DNA of 63,233 nt, counting the filler, from Octopus bimaculoides (lineage: Eukaryota): NCBI RefSeq assembly GCF_001194135.2. It is 5 parts of 5 records of this genome, joined end to end, with 100 filler letters (N's around TTAATTAATTAA, not from the genome) between each part and the next. Parts side by side here need not be neighbours in the genome. Positions count along the whole stretch, not along the records: positions 24,306 to 40,648 come from NC_068985.1; 4 more parts are not named here. One strand, given 5' to 3'. The notes below the pieces were generated by a model. The model was not told where the DNA came from. It was given only the letters and a program-made list of their open reading frames with translations, and searched no databases. This document shows, in pieces, positions 24,306 through 36,859 of this stretch; position 1 is the first letter of the stretch, and the number at the start of each line of letters is the position of its first letter. Both the position numbers and the translations under genes were made by a program.

Positions 24306-26195
24306 TGAGCGCATGTCTCTGCATCAGCAACCACGGTATGCCCAGGCCCCATTCAGCAGCTGGAGCACCCTGCCAGCGGAATGCGAATGCTCCACAGAAA
24401 GCGGAAGAGTAAAGGGACGACGGTCAAGCGGTAATAGATGATAGATGCGATGTATGCATTCGCCACCTCGGCTCGATCTTTCAAGGACAGCTTCCTCTCG
24501 GCTCATTTCTGAGTGAAATTGGCCAACCTGCTTGTCACCTCGTCCCAGTTTTTTCTCCGCCTAGCGGTCTGGACCGAACCAGACCATAAGCGATTTAATC
24601 GGACCGTCTGTCCAGCGCCCCACGACACTGTTGGACGGCATGGACTTGCCTCACCAGGTGCCGACTTGGAAGCTCACTGACTTTTCTGCGTTAATTTTTG
24701 CTCCTGTCACCGCTTCATATTCTTTTAGTGTGTCGTCAATCAGGTCTATGTGCCTGTGACTCGACACTATGACGGTGACATGGTCGGCATAAACAGACAT
24801 GCTTCTACCACGTCCTAGATCACAAGGGACACCCTCAATGTCTCCAGCTTTCGTAGTAGTGGCTCAAGAGTCAGTACATCGAGAAGGGAGGAGAGAGGGC
24901 ACTCTTACCGGACCGAGCGCAAGATACTGAATGGTTCTGACAGGCGACCATTCATCCGAACAACCGAACAGATGCTGCGGTACAAAACAGCGATCCAACC
25001 GCGGAAAACCGGACCGAAACCGGCTGCCATGAGAACAACTGCAAAGTATAGATGGTCAACCCTATCGAAGGCTTTAAACTGATCTAAATTTATCAGAGCT
25101 CCACCCATGCCAGCTTCGTTAACCACTCTCTCTATGCTGTAGCGCATGAGGTGACTAGTTCTGGTTGGGATGGTGCATATTTGCGCCTCGCCAACCAGCT
25201 TGTCCACGACAAGCGCCAACCTGTTGGCTAACACCTTGGCATTAAGCAGAGTGATAGGCCTAAAATTCTCTATAATGACCCCCTTGTTTGGATCCTTTCT
25301 CAGCAGTGCCACCGCTCCGCGACAGACGAAAGTGGGAATTCTCCCATTCTGCTGCCAGTTCCGGTAGGCCTCCAAAGAAGCCTCCAAACAAGTCTGGCAT
25401 TAAAATATAAAGCTCATTATGAAAGATATAAGTAAGAGTAATACAGCTAGCAATTATAGACCAATCACTTGCTTACCATTAGTGTGAAAACTGTTAACAG
25501 GAATGCACTTTGACAACCAGGTGATCCAAACCCGGTGATCTACCTCTCGTGCAGCTCTTCATCGCTTCCTGTATTTCCACGGCTGTTATCGGTATTTTGC
25601 AGCACTCCGCCTTGCCCGCCAAGAGTCGCGGCAGGCTGTCCAGGTAGACACCGAAGTCTGCCCTGTTATCCGTCCTACCACTCGTCTCGAACAGTCGAGT
25701 AAATTGCTGCTGAAAGGCCGCACATATCTGCTTCGGTGCAAACATCTCACGCCCGTTCTGGTCTACCAAAAACCGAATTGTGGCTTTGTTGCCGTTTTAC
25801 CTCCGCCACTCGGGCCCATCGAGCGGCTTTCGTTCTCTCCCCGCTTAGTAAACGTGCCTTAGCTCTGACAACACAGCCTTCGTGTTTGGCTTCGAAAAAT
25901 TGGTCGAGGGCCAACCGCGCCGCCAACACGTCGGTTGTGATGCATTTCCTAAGTGCCTCATCTAACTTTCTAACTAAACCTCCCTCTATTCTATTTCTTT
26001 CTACCGCTAAAGCCTTACTAAACCTGATGGATTCTACTCTAATTGTCCTTTCAAGAGCAAATCACCTGTTGTTGTTGACGATTGCCCCCGTCAACGCCCT
26101 AATACACTAATAACTAATAACTAATACACTAATCCGGTCTCTGTAAGCTTGGCACGCCGGTAACGACGTGTTCAGCTTCTAGTAACCCTTTATTT
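24306..26195 (-). mobile_element. L1/Tx1-clade LINE remnant (EN-RT linker plus RT)
   Basis: NFRPITLLNAK, LINLDQFKAFDRVDH, PLSPLL, VYADHVTV, TGAKINAEKS; homologous to 36860-40295. Confidence 0.92.
25412..25521 (+). repeat. 110-bp exact copy of 27062-27171 inserted in the Tx1 element
   Basis: Base-for-base identity by eye, including the TGA stop. Confidence 0.9.
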
Positions 26196-26249
26196 TCTTT
26201 GTGTATTAAAAAAAATTTTTTCTGTCTTCCTCTTTTTCTCTTTCACATA

Positions 26250-28798
26250 AGAAGCAATGAGTAAAGAAGTAAGAAAAAGATTGCCAGCATTAAAAGGTAC
26301 CAACAGAAGGAAGCTGCTAGATATGACTAGGAAAGTAGATTCTGTTATCAGCAGGATAGATACTAAAAATATAGGAGACACCAACTTATTGATCTATGCA
26401 GGAGAGGTACTAGTCATCAGGAGATTAAATATCTCACAGGGAAAGATTTTAAAAAGAACAAATGTGGTACAGGAGACTATAAAATAACGTGAAGACTTTA
26501 AGAGAAGATCTGAGTAGAATAGAAGTCTGGAATACAAACAAGTTAGGAAACACAAGATGCAAATCTTCCCTCGAGAAAAGATACTTAGTCAAAGAGAAAG
26601 GATTTGGGACAGTAATAGAAGAGCTGAAACAGCGTATCATAGCAGTAGCAGGCAAGCTATCCAGACATCAGAAAAGAATAAATCAGTATCAACGGAATAG
26701 ATTACTTGAGACAGACCAGAGGAAATTTTATAACCAAATAAATAGTGGAGAATGAAGTACTGAACATTAGAAACCCAATGTAGACGAAGCTAGAAAGTTC
26801 TGGAGTAATATTTAGGATATGTCAGTCAATCACAATGGAGACCAGTATGGTTAAAGAAAGTGAAGGAAGAAATAGTGAACGAGAAGTAGCCAAATCTAAG
26901 ATTAACTAGTGCATTAATGAGTAAAGTGTTAGGAAAAATGCCGAATTAGAAGGGTTCAGGCTAAAGAAATTCAGTAGTTTACATGAGAAGCTGAGGGAAC
27001 AACTTCGAGATTGCTTTAATGGAGGAATAATACCAGATTGGATGACTAGAGGGCGGACAATGCTCATTATGAAAGATATAAGTAAGAGTAATACAGCTAG
27101 CAATTATAGACCAATCACTTGCTTACCATTAGTGTGAAAACTGTTAACAGGAATGCACTTTGACAACCAGGATTTACTACCAGAACAGAAAGGTTGCATG
27201 AAGAAGGCTAGAGGAACGCTTGATCTATTATATATAGACAAAATAGTTCTAAATAATGTAAAATCGAGAAAAAAAATCTAACAATAACATGGATAGATTA
27301 TAGGAAAACCTATGACATGGTGCCACACTCATGGATAAGTGAATGTTTGAATATATTCAGTATAGCAGAAAACATAAGAGAATTAATTAGCATGAAGAAA
27401 TGGAAAGTAGATCTCCACTCAGGTGACACACTCTTAGGGAAAGTTAATATCAAAAGAGGTATTTTCCAAGGGGACTCGTTGTCCTCTTTACTATTTGTCT
27501 TATGTTTGATCCCCCTCAGTTTAATATTAAGGTAGGCAAAGGCAGGGTTTAGAAATAGTAATGGAAAAATTAACCATTTGCTCTACATGGATCATCTGAA
27601 GCTTTTTAGTAAGAATGAAAGAGATAGACTCCTTAATACAGACTAAAAGAATCTTTAGCAAAGATATAGGTATGGAATTTGGCATAGATAAGTGTGTAAT
27701 ATTAGTCATGAAAAGGGGACAGGTAGTCAACAGTGAAGGTATCCAATTATCAGTTGGCCAGACATTAAAATCATTGAAAGGAGGAGAGAGTTATAAGTAT
27801 CTAGGAGTATTAGAATCTGACAGAATACTAACTACAGATATGAAAACGAAAATTGAGAATGAGTACATCAAAAGGGTGAAGAACCTAATGAAGTCAGAGC
27901 TGAATGGTCCGAATTTAATGAAGGCTGTAAATACTTGGGCAGCATCATTACCTAGATACTCATCAGATTTTGTAGACTGGACAGAAACTGAATTAGCAAA
28001 GCTAGACAGAGCTAAGAAGGAATTCTATATGAATGGTGGACTCTTCCCAAGATCAGGAGTAACATGATTATGCCTACCTAGAAAGGAAGGTGGAAGAGGG
28101 TTAATATCCGTAGAAGACTGTGTGGAGTTAGCTATATTAGATATAGATTCCTATATAGGTAATAGTAAAGAAAGTTTATTAAAAGCTGCAAGAGTCACAG
28201 CGAAACAGGGAAACCAAAAAGCCAAACGAAGTTAAAAACCAGAAAAAGGAACAGAAATTATCTGAATGGCAGGAGAAGGTGTTGTATGGTAGATTCCCAA
28301 AGATAGTTGCAACAAATAGTAGTAGTGAGACATGGTTATGCTTGCAGAAATGAAAGCTGATGAGGGAGACAGAAAGTTTGTTAGTAGTTGCACAAGATCA
28401 AGAATTAAAGACTAATTGGATAAAAGCCAAGATAGACAAAAACCAAGTAGATTCCCAATGTAGATTATGCAAATCAAAAGAGTAAACTGTTACACATATA
28501 GCAAGTGAGTGTAGCATTTTGGCACAAAGAATACAAGAAAAGACATGATAATCTGGGAAGCGCAATCCATTGGGAGCTATGTAGAAAGCTAGGATGATGA
28601 AAAAATCAATATGAGAGTATCGAAAGAATAGCAAAATACCAGGACCTAGCTATTGATTTACAGAGATTATGGAAAGTGTGGGTAAAATGTATCCCAGTAG
28701 TAATGAGTGCATTGGAAACTATCCCTAAAAATCTGAACAGATGGATAGAGGAAACAAGCATAAAACCCAGTTTAGTACAGCTGCAGAAAACAGTGTTT
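26250..28798 (+). mobile_element. R4/Dong-type (RLE) non-LTR retrotransposon, decayed, largely complete ORF span
   Basis: NYRPITCLPL, WIDYRKTYDMVPH, RGIFQGDSLS, LLYMDHLK, FGIDKC, CRLC..H...C knuckle, KYQDLAID. Confidence 0.92.
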
Positions 28799-28811
28799 TC
28801 TTCTTCTTCTT

Positions 28812-29121
28812 CTTCTGCAGTCCTATGGTGGTTATTTTATAATAGTTTTCCAGTTGTATAAGGCCTCTATCACCTTTTATACGTTCTATGTCAGATTTTG
28901 GGTGGTGCATCCTAAATCCTGTCATTATTTTTCTTGTTTTCCTGTCTATTTTGGTTAGTTCATTTAGTGTCCAGTTAAGGATATTATAGCTGTAACTTAT
29001 AACTAGGACGGCTAAAGTGTTAATATCTTGGTTTTAGCATTGAGCTCTGTTTTCAGTATTGATCTAACTCGTCTATAGTATTCTTTCTTTATTTTCTCTT
29101 TCATTTGTGTGTGTTGTATCA

Positions 29122-29125
<4 letters not shown>
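28812..29125 (-). mobile_element. Second R4/Dong-type fragment
   Basis: KEYYRRVRSILKTELNAK..MHHPKSDIER..RGLIQLE; bounded by (CTT)n and (ATT)n. Confidence 0.85.
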
Positions 29126-29160
<35 letters not shown>

Positions 29161-29163
29161 CAA

Positions 29164-30490
29164 CAATTCTGGCTAATTTCATATTTTTTCTATTAAATCT
29201 AGCTATGATGGTACCTATATTGGGGAGAGTAGAGTATGAGATTCTAACCGTCTTACGGGAAAAAATTCTATTATATCTATAGGAAGAAGGGAAGTTTTTT
29301 TCTAAAATAGCCATAAATTTTCTATATATGTTTATGGATAATGCACAGTTGTATGGGATATTGAACCAAACGAGATTCTTACCTTTAAAATTTTTGTGTA
29401 AGTAAGGGCGGGATATATTTGTACTATCCCTGCTCCCTAGAATCGTGCCATGATTAATAGTTTTGTATATATTTCTAGTGGATTCCTTATTTGGAGGAGT
29501 AACCATTTCTTTTTCATCGTCACCTTTTTTATCTAACCTAAGCTTCTTACTCATTTTAGTATCCTGTCTCCTATCGAAGCATACTCTATTATTATTATTT
29601 AAATGTTAGGTTTGTAGGATGGGTTATCATTTGGTATTTTTTCACAACTAAGTAAGTTAGTAGACTTTCTATTACTCAAACTATCAATTTTTCCTCTATT
29701 AAAAGGTGCTGAACTTACAGGATCAAGAAAAGTAATTTCATGGTCATATCCCACCTTAGACAAAGCAGCATTGTAGTGGTATGAATTGAAATTAAAAATA
29801 TCAATGTTTGATGATAATTTAGTAATCCTCCTAGAAATACTTTTAACTCCCGATTTTAATACATTAGTAGGGGTGATTTGATAATTTATTCACATTGTTT
29901 AAAACATTTAACTATAGTACTACATGATAAGACTTCCCCTGTTTCATTATCAATGGTCTGCTAGTGGGCGGCCCCCTTAGTTGTCAGCTAACATCTTGTT
30001 TTAAGTTTTCATTTACCAAACCTCATGATATTGCTTCTAATAAATCTTGAATTTTAGAACTATACCAACTATGATTTCTGTCTCCTCTCTCAGCTCTACC
30101 TCTAACAGATACTGCCCTTTATTCTCTCAGCCTTAAATATACAATGATTTGATAAACTAGTCTATAAATTAAAACTGACCCCATAAAAACAAATAAAATC
30201 AGTGACAGGCAGAGTCTTCTTGATAATTTAGTAACTTCTATGCTGTAGTAGAGGCAACATGTTCTTTGTCTGTCTCCTTAACTTCTTGGAGATTTTAGGT
30301 ATAATTATACTAATGTGTCCATCTGTTCTAATTTAATTAAATTCTATGTCTTTGTGCAGATGAGGATTGCTCTGCATTTTAAATTGATGTAATGATTGCA
30401 TTGTTCAAGTAAATAGAGTTGCATGAAACGATCGTACTGCATTACCTCTGGATATCCTTGTTGCTTATTTTGATTTTATATATATATATA
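29164..30490 (-). mobile_element. Penelope-like element remnant (RT thumb/linker plus non-coding end)
   Basis: SNHP..KSISRRITKLSSN..YNAALSKVGY and WFNIPYN..F..ILEKNFP..IFSRKTVRISYSTLPNI, typical of GIY-YIG PLE RT-EN linkers. Confidence 0.8.
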
Positions 30491-31788
30491 TATNNNNNNN
30501 NNNNNNNNNNNNNNNNNNNNNNNNNNNNNNNNNNNNNNNNNNNNNNNNNNNNNNNNNNNNNNNNNNNNNNNNNNNNNNNNNNNNNNNNNNNNNNNNNNNN
30601 NNNNNNNNNNNNNNNNNNNNNNNNNNNNNNNNNNNNNNNNNNNNNNNNNNNNNNNNNNNNNNNNNNNNNNNNNNNNNNNNNNNNNNNNNNNNNNNNNNNN
30701 NNNNNNNNNNNNNNNNNNNNNNNNNNNNNNNNNNNNNNNNNNNNNNNNNNNNNNNNNNNNNNNNNNNNNNNNNNNNNNNNNNNNNNNNNNNNNNNNNNNN
30801 NNNNNNNNNNNNNNNNNNNNNNNNNNNNNNNNNNNNNNNNNNNNNNNNNNNNNNNNNNNNNNNNNNNNNNNNNNNNTATATACACAATAGAAGCTTATGT
30901 TTGGCAAGGCGCGATTATACAAATATGTGAGTAATTTGCAGGTCGATGCAGCCCATCCCGCACAAACACACGTAAGCGTCTTTATTTATGCATGTTTCTC
31001 TGTGTGTGGGTATGTTTCTGTGTATTGAGAATTTGTCATTTTGGTTTTAATGGTATGATGATTCATTAATTGGGTTCCAGCAAAGGAAATATATATCCTC
31101 TAGGAATGAGTTGCAGAACTCACTAAAGTGCTACTTCAGTAAAAGTCTTTTAAGTGCATTTCCTTTTAGAAAAATACTGTATCACTTCTTGTGTTTCTCA
31201 GTAAATATAAGTAACATCACTGTGAACGTAACTTAAATTCAACTGCTAGTATCAACCAGATGTTTTACAGTTAATAAGGCATCTTCTACGTTGTTACTTC
31301 TAGCCTGAAATAGCTGCCTAATTTCTCTCAGATCACACTCTCGTGTCAAAATTGTCTAAGACTACATTGAATATTGTAATACAAAATTCAGAATCCTGAA
31401 AACAGAAGGAGAATTCTTTTGACCAAATGCCCACTTGATCAGGATTGGATAACAGCAGGATAACAGCAACAACCTAGTTATCATACAAGAAAACAAAATA
31501 TTTTGAAATTCTATGACTGGAAGTTCTTTAACTGAGTAGAAATATTTCTTTTTCTTTTAATTTGGGTAATCGCTGTTTCCCTAAAGAGCAGGAATCTAAT
31601 CAATGATCTTTGGGTTCCAAAGTTATGTAGTGTTTCTATTTAACGGGGACCACCCTTCTGAGTATGTGGGCTGTTCCCTAGTGTTCATGGTTGTTGACGA
31701 TAACAAAACAATTTTTTAGTGAATTTGTTCAGTTCCTTTTCACAAGCCATAAAACTTTTGTATTCTGATAATTTTCGGTACTTTTGTG

Positions 31789-31850
<62 letters not shown>
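31789..31850. repeat. (ATT)n tail/target of the adjacent R4/Dong copy
   Basis: Pure ATT array abutting the element 3' end. Confidence 0.93.
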
Positions 31851-31851
<1 letters not shown>

Positions 31852-32830
31852 TAGTTTTATTTTTATAACGTGCTTTCATTTCACTACCGAGCGCAGCTCT
31901 GTGTGCCTTGGGTATGTGCTGTGGTTTGCTGTATGCTCTTATGGTTACTGTATTGAAAGTGTTTTGCGTAGGATGTGTGCAGTGCCTAGTAGTGCAATTT
32001 TCTGTATGTTATATATATTCCAGATGTTTCTTACGTTTGAGTGGTATTGAACCCAATACTCTGATTACAATAGGGACAACATTTATGCTTAACTCTCGTA
32101 GCTGTCGCATTTTGGTGACCTCAATTCTCAGATTTCCATATTTATTAATCTTTTTTCTTTCTTTCATGATATGTTGATCTTCTGGCACTGTCACGTCGAT
32201 TATAGGCATTCTTGTTTGTCCCTCCTAAATGTTATTATATCCGGCCTTCAGTTCTCTAACACATTGTCTGTCTGAAAGTCAAAGTCCCAGAGGATTTTTG
32301 CCTTCCCCTTTTCGCCCATTACCTTTTCCGGTGTATGTTGGTACCAAGCACCCGTTACCTCGTATTCATACTTCCGGCATAGTAGCCAGTGAAGGTTTTG
32401 GGCTACCTTGAGTCTGTGCTTGTACACTCTCTGCGCAAGACTTTCACAAACACTAACAATGTGAGTCACGCTTTCGACCCTCTTCTCACACATTCTGCAA
32501 GGGTTCGTTACAATTGTGTGGTATATATCCCTTTTCACTGAGTTGGTATTCAATGTCTGATCCTGGGCAGTGATGATTAGGCTTTCAGTCTTCTTTTAAA
32601 GTCACCCTTGCTGAGCCACCTCCATGATGCTTCCTGATCTTTTAAATTGTTAGTTTCACGGTGGATCTGACCCTGTAATTCCATGCAGAGTAGAGTTTCT
32701 TCTCTCTCGTTGGCTATTCGTAATCGGAATTGATTAGCACTCTCAAGTCCATTTTTGTTTAAATCCTTCTGCTTTAGCAGCACACTGTAGCAGGTCTTGT
32801 TTGGTGTTTACCAAATATTCTGCTTACAGT
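31850..32830 (-). mobile_element. R4/Dong-type 3' fragment with CCHC knuckle and restriction-like endonuclease
   Basis: CRMCEKRVESVTHIVSVC, KILWDFDFQTD, IIDVTVP..KY..L; 3' UTR runs into (TAA)n. Confidence 0.92.
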
Positions 32831-33482
32831 TAGAAGGTATCTTGGCCATGATTACAATATATCACCAATGTCGAATAGAAACCATAGACTCTTTCTTTCC
32901 ACATATATTTAACATAAAAATGTGGACATATGAAACGATAATTGCTTGATTATTAGTGTCTCAAAGTACGCCCTTTATAACAAGGCACACTTTTTGAAGA
33001 AGGGCTTCTCTTGAGTTTTTTGTTTTTGTTTTTATCTGTCCAAAAGCTATAAGCTTCCCAAATTAAATGAAGTGACGTAGGTTCAACCGGAAATTAAGAC
33101 CGATTGAAGGCCATGATATGGTACTAACGTTAAAATATTAATAAGTTTAAGGTATGTTATATCTTTGATTTATTAACTCATCACAGTGTCATACGTTTTG
33201 AGAGAATGTGTAATTGATTAAATCGATGTCAGTACCAAGTTTAATTACTATAGAAAGTTGAATGTTAACGTCTACTCAGAGAAGGTTAGATCTAAATGAA
33301 TTTGAGTGGCACATCTAAATACTGCCAAATGGTAACATCATACATTTGTAATACATTTGCATATATTGACTTGAAAAATTTCTAGGGAGGGGATATGTCA
33401 ATTACATCGACTCCAGTGCTCACCTGGTACTGATTTTATTGATCCTGAAAGGTTGAAAGTCGGCCAGGTCAATATTGCTCCT

Positions 33483-33775
33483 TGTGGTATGACGTCAGTG
33501 ACTGGGGAGGCTGACCGGAAGGGCGAGTTGACCGGAAGAGGAAAAAGGGCAGAGGGAGCCTCGATCGGGATTCGTGCCCTTTTCGAACGGGGTCGTGGTC
33601 AGGACAAGACGTGCCAAGCGACGGTCTAGGTTTGGGAGAAGCAGCTGCTATTCCTGGTGTTCTTTGGGTCGGGGCGAGCTTCAAAGATTGGATACCGCAA
33701 GACAGTCTCGCAGTCGACGAAAGGAAAACTGAGGTAAGGCGATTACATCTACTCGCACGCATACACCACACCACA
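33483..33775 (+). mobile_element. Solo LTR, GC-rich
   Basis: TGTGGT...ACCACA termini; 5-bp TSD CTCCT (33478-82, 33776-80). Confidence 0.85.
33490..33538 (+). promoter_or_regulatory. CRE plus two ETS-type motifs in the solo LTR
   Basis: TGACGTCA 33490-97; CCGGAAG 33515-21 and 33532-38. Confidence 0.45.
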
Positions 33776-34071
33776 CTCCTTTCATCATTTCGGATGCAGT
33801 ACCAATCAAAATATTGAAGTCGAGCTTTCCCTCTTTCCCAATCCCTCTTTCTTTCTTTCTTTCTGTCTTTCTTTCTTTCTTTCCGAATCGGTTGTGTCGT
33901 GCTATGAGAATGGCCGTATGAGACAAGTTTCAATGTCCCATTCTCTCGAAACGGAGAAGGATTGAGATAGGAGCTATCAGCTTCGCCTTATAGAAAAAGT
34001 GATATGTCATTGGAAGACGGACCGATGTGCAGCACACCGCGGATCGGATATTAAGAAATAAAGGTTGTTTT

Positions 34072-34378
34072 TAGTGGTTGAGGTAATCGGCTCACGATCG
34101 TAATGTTGAGTTCGATTCCCGGTGGCGTGCTGTGTCCTTGAGCAAGTCACTTTATTTCACGTTGCTCCAGTCCACTCAGCCGGCAAAAATGAGTTGTACC
34201 TGTAATCCAAAGGGCGGGTCTTGTCACATTCTGTGTCACGCTGAATCTCCCTGAGAACTATATTAAGGGTACACATATCTGTGGATTGCTCAGCCATTTG
34301 CACGTTAATTTCACGAGCAGGCTGTTTTATTGATCGGATCGACTGGAATCCTCGTTGTCGTAACCGACGGAGTATCAC
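34072..34378 (+). mobile_element. tRNA-derived SINE family D (CORE-like box)
   Basis: TAGTGGTTG..GAGTTCGATTCCC..TGTGTCCTTGAGCAAGTCACTT. Confidence 0.85.
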
Positions 34379-36109
34379 ACAACAGTTCTAGAGATACTTT
34401 GAGCTTACAACAAATGTGAAGACTTTACTTGCAAGGTGCTTTAGACAACCTGTTGTTCATCATTGTAAAAGCATCTATACAAATAAATTACTCAGAGGTT
34501 CCAGATCAGTATGATTTATCTGATTATTATAATCTCAAAACTATTTTAGAGCAGGTATGAAAGACACGTGAATTTCTTCTTCAGAATGAAGAGCCAGAAA
34601 TTTACTGCAACAGATTCAATCGACTTTTGTGACTTTATGCCGATATTATAAAGTGAATAATTCTGAAATCCCATCCGCAAAATAATGGTTTCTGTCATAG
34701 ACAGGAGGCGACTAATCTTGTGGATGAAGAATATAAAACCCAGAAATTGACTAGCACTATATTTTTTCCACTTGGAAGGCAAAAGCAAATCTGATATTGG
34801 CGGAATCTGAAGTAACTATATGTAACAAAGGAATTTGTGCAGTGCTGTGCCGTTTCTGCCTGCCAAGTTCTCTCTTCCCACGATAAGTAGTAATTACGTG
34901 CGTATAAATATATTTAATGCGCAAAACATTCACGAAAAAAAAAACAAAAAAAAAAACAACAAAAAAAACAAGAGTTGAATAAGTATCATGTTTTTTTCGG
35001 TATCCTGTTCAAGTCCATGCTGGAAAACTGCCTTTACGTGTTGAAAAATAAATGATGTCAGTTAACAACCCTACTGTATAATCCACAATGAAATATTATC
35101 CTCTTCTAAATTTGATAACATATTTGTGAAATGATTCTCACTCTATTGTTAAGAGGCAATTCACTGCAAAATCAGTGTATCAAAAGAGAAATAAGCAGAA
35201 TGTTTTTACAGTAATGTAATATAAGTTGGCTTTTGCATGTCAACAACGTTCTCCCTGGTTTGATTATCATGGGCATTTTATTATTGTGGGATGTTAACTG
35301 GGCTGTGTGTTATGCGTACAGGATGAACAGATGCAAATATAATATATTTTAATTATAATATTTATTGAACCAGAGGACAATCGAATATAAACTAAAGACT
35401 GTTGGTAGATAATGTAGGAGGTTAGAATCGGGTATAGTAATGGCTAAGATTCGTGCTGTTGGAGAGTGTTGGTTTGTGATCATAAAGAATTCCTTTCATT
35501 TCTAGCTGGAAATCAGCACAGGAAAGTAGGCGCTGCAAAGACTAAGTGCTTCATTAAGACTTGTATATTCTGCCATGTGCTTTCCTGTTGAGAATGCAGA
35601 TGTGACTCCAATGAAATTTAAACCACCTCTGACTTCTTGTATCTCTACTTAAATAACTAGAAAAAACCGTGAGTACTTCAAAGACATTGTGGGTCGTGTT
35701 CAGGGTATAGCATGATATTACTGCAAATCGATTGGTTGATGATCAAGACAGGTTGTATTACATGAGCGTGATCAACGCGTGGTATCGAACTGTTAACTGG
35801 GGATTTTAGGTCCAATCTAGATCTTACTATACGTATTACAAGCTATCTGCATAAGAAATACGTATACTATAATACTTTTATACAGTCATACAAAGAAATT
35901 ATCTTTTACTACCGCTTCCTTTTTCTTTCTTTCTTTTGCACTGTCGATTCTGCTTTCTCTTCCCCCAGTATGTAGAAAAATTGCTATTTCGAACGAGATA
36001 GCATAAAAAGTTAATCGATGATTAAAACGTCATGTCAATTTATGGATTTGTTTTTCGTAATGAGATAAAAAAACCAAAGCTGTGTAGATTTGAGAACATT
36101 TGTAAATAG

Positions 36110-36157
36110 GTCTTACAGCTGTTTCCAGGATATTTATTATATCCCTTCATCGGAGAC
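36110..36157 (-). ncRNA. Minimal type I hammerhead with U4C core variant
   Basis: GTCT-CCGATGA-AGGGATAT-AATAA-ATATCCTG-GAAAC-AGCT-GTA-AGAC; all three helices pair; palindromic AGCU loop. Confidence 0.68.
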
Positions 36158-36253
36158 GGTGTGAGAGGATGGTTAAGCAATAGTTAATTTAGATAAGATA
36201 GGAAATAGAGGGTGAATTGGCGGAACGAAAATAGATGTGAGATATACAGGGAT

Positions 36254-36420
36254 ATTGTATTTGTAAATCCGTTGTATAGGCAGAATGGTATACATATAAG
36301 ATTCCAATACCTTGTGAGTAAAATCCAATAGTCTTTAAAATTGGTCATTGTATTTGTAAATCCATTAATATTCCAATACCCTATTAGTAAAATCCAACAG
36401 TCTTTAAAATTGGTCATTCC
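36254..36420. repeat. 69-bp-period tandem repeat (about 2.4 units)
   Basis: ATTCCAATACC at 36301 and 36370, each followed by AGTAAAATCCAA.AGTCTTTAAAATTGGTCATT. Confidence 0.85.
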
Positions 36421-36859
36421 AAATACAAAGTTTATGCACAGTGTTATTGAATCAAGGGCTCAATTAAAAGTGACCTAAAAGTAGGGAATGTATTAGTAAG
36501 GTCAAATTAAAAACAAGAAGAGAGGAATAAAGAAAGAGAAAAAAAGAGAAAAATTAAAATAAAAAAAGGAAGAGAAATAGAATAAAAAGGAAGAAGAAAA
36601 ATGATAAGAGGAATAAAGAAAAGAAAGGAAAAAGGAATGCAAAAATATAGATAATGGAAAGTGTACCAGATAGTGGTCAGTGGATATAATAAGAAAGTAA
36701 GAATGGGGAGATAAGGGTGATAGAGAGAGAAAGGTATTAGAGTGTAGAAAGATAGAAGGAATGGGGCTGATGGAGAGAGAGAGGCAAAGCTCTAAGGAGT
36801 GTCAACTGTAGTAATGTAGTCTAAGTGATGGGGCAGAGAAAGGGGGTTATTAGTTTGGA

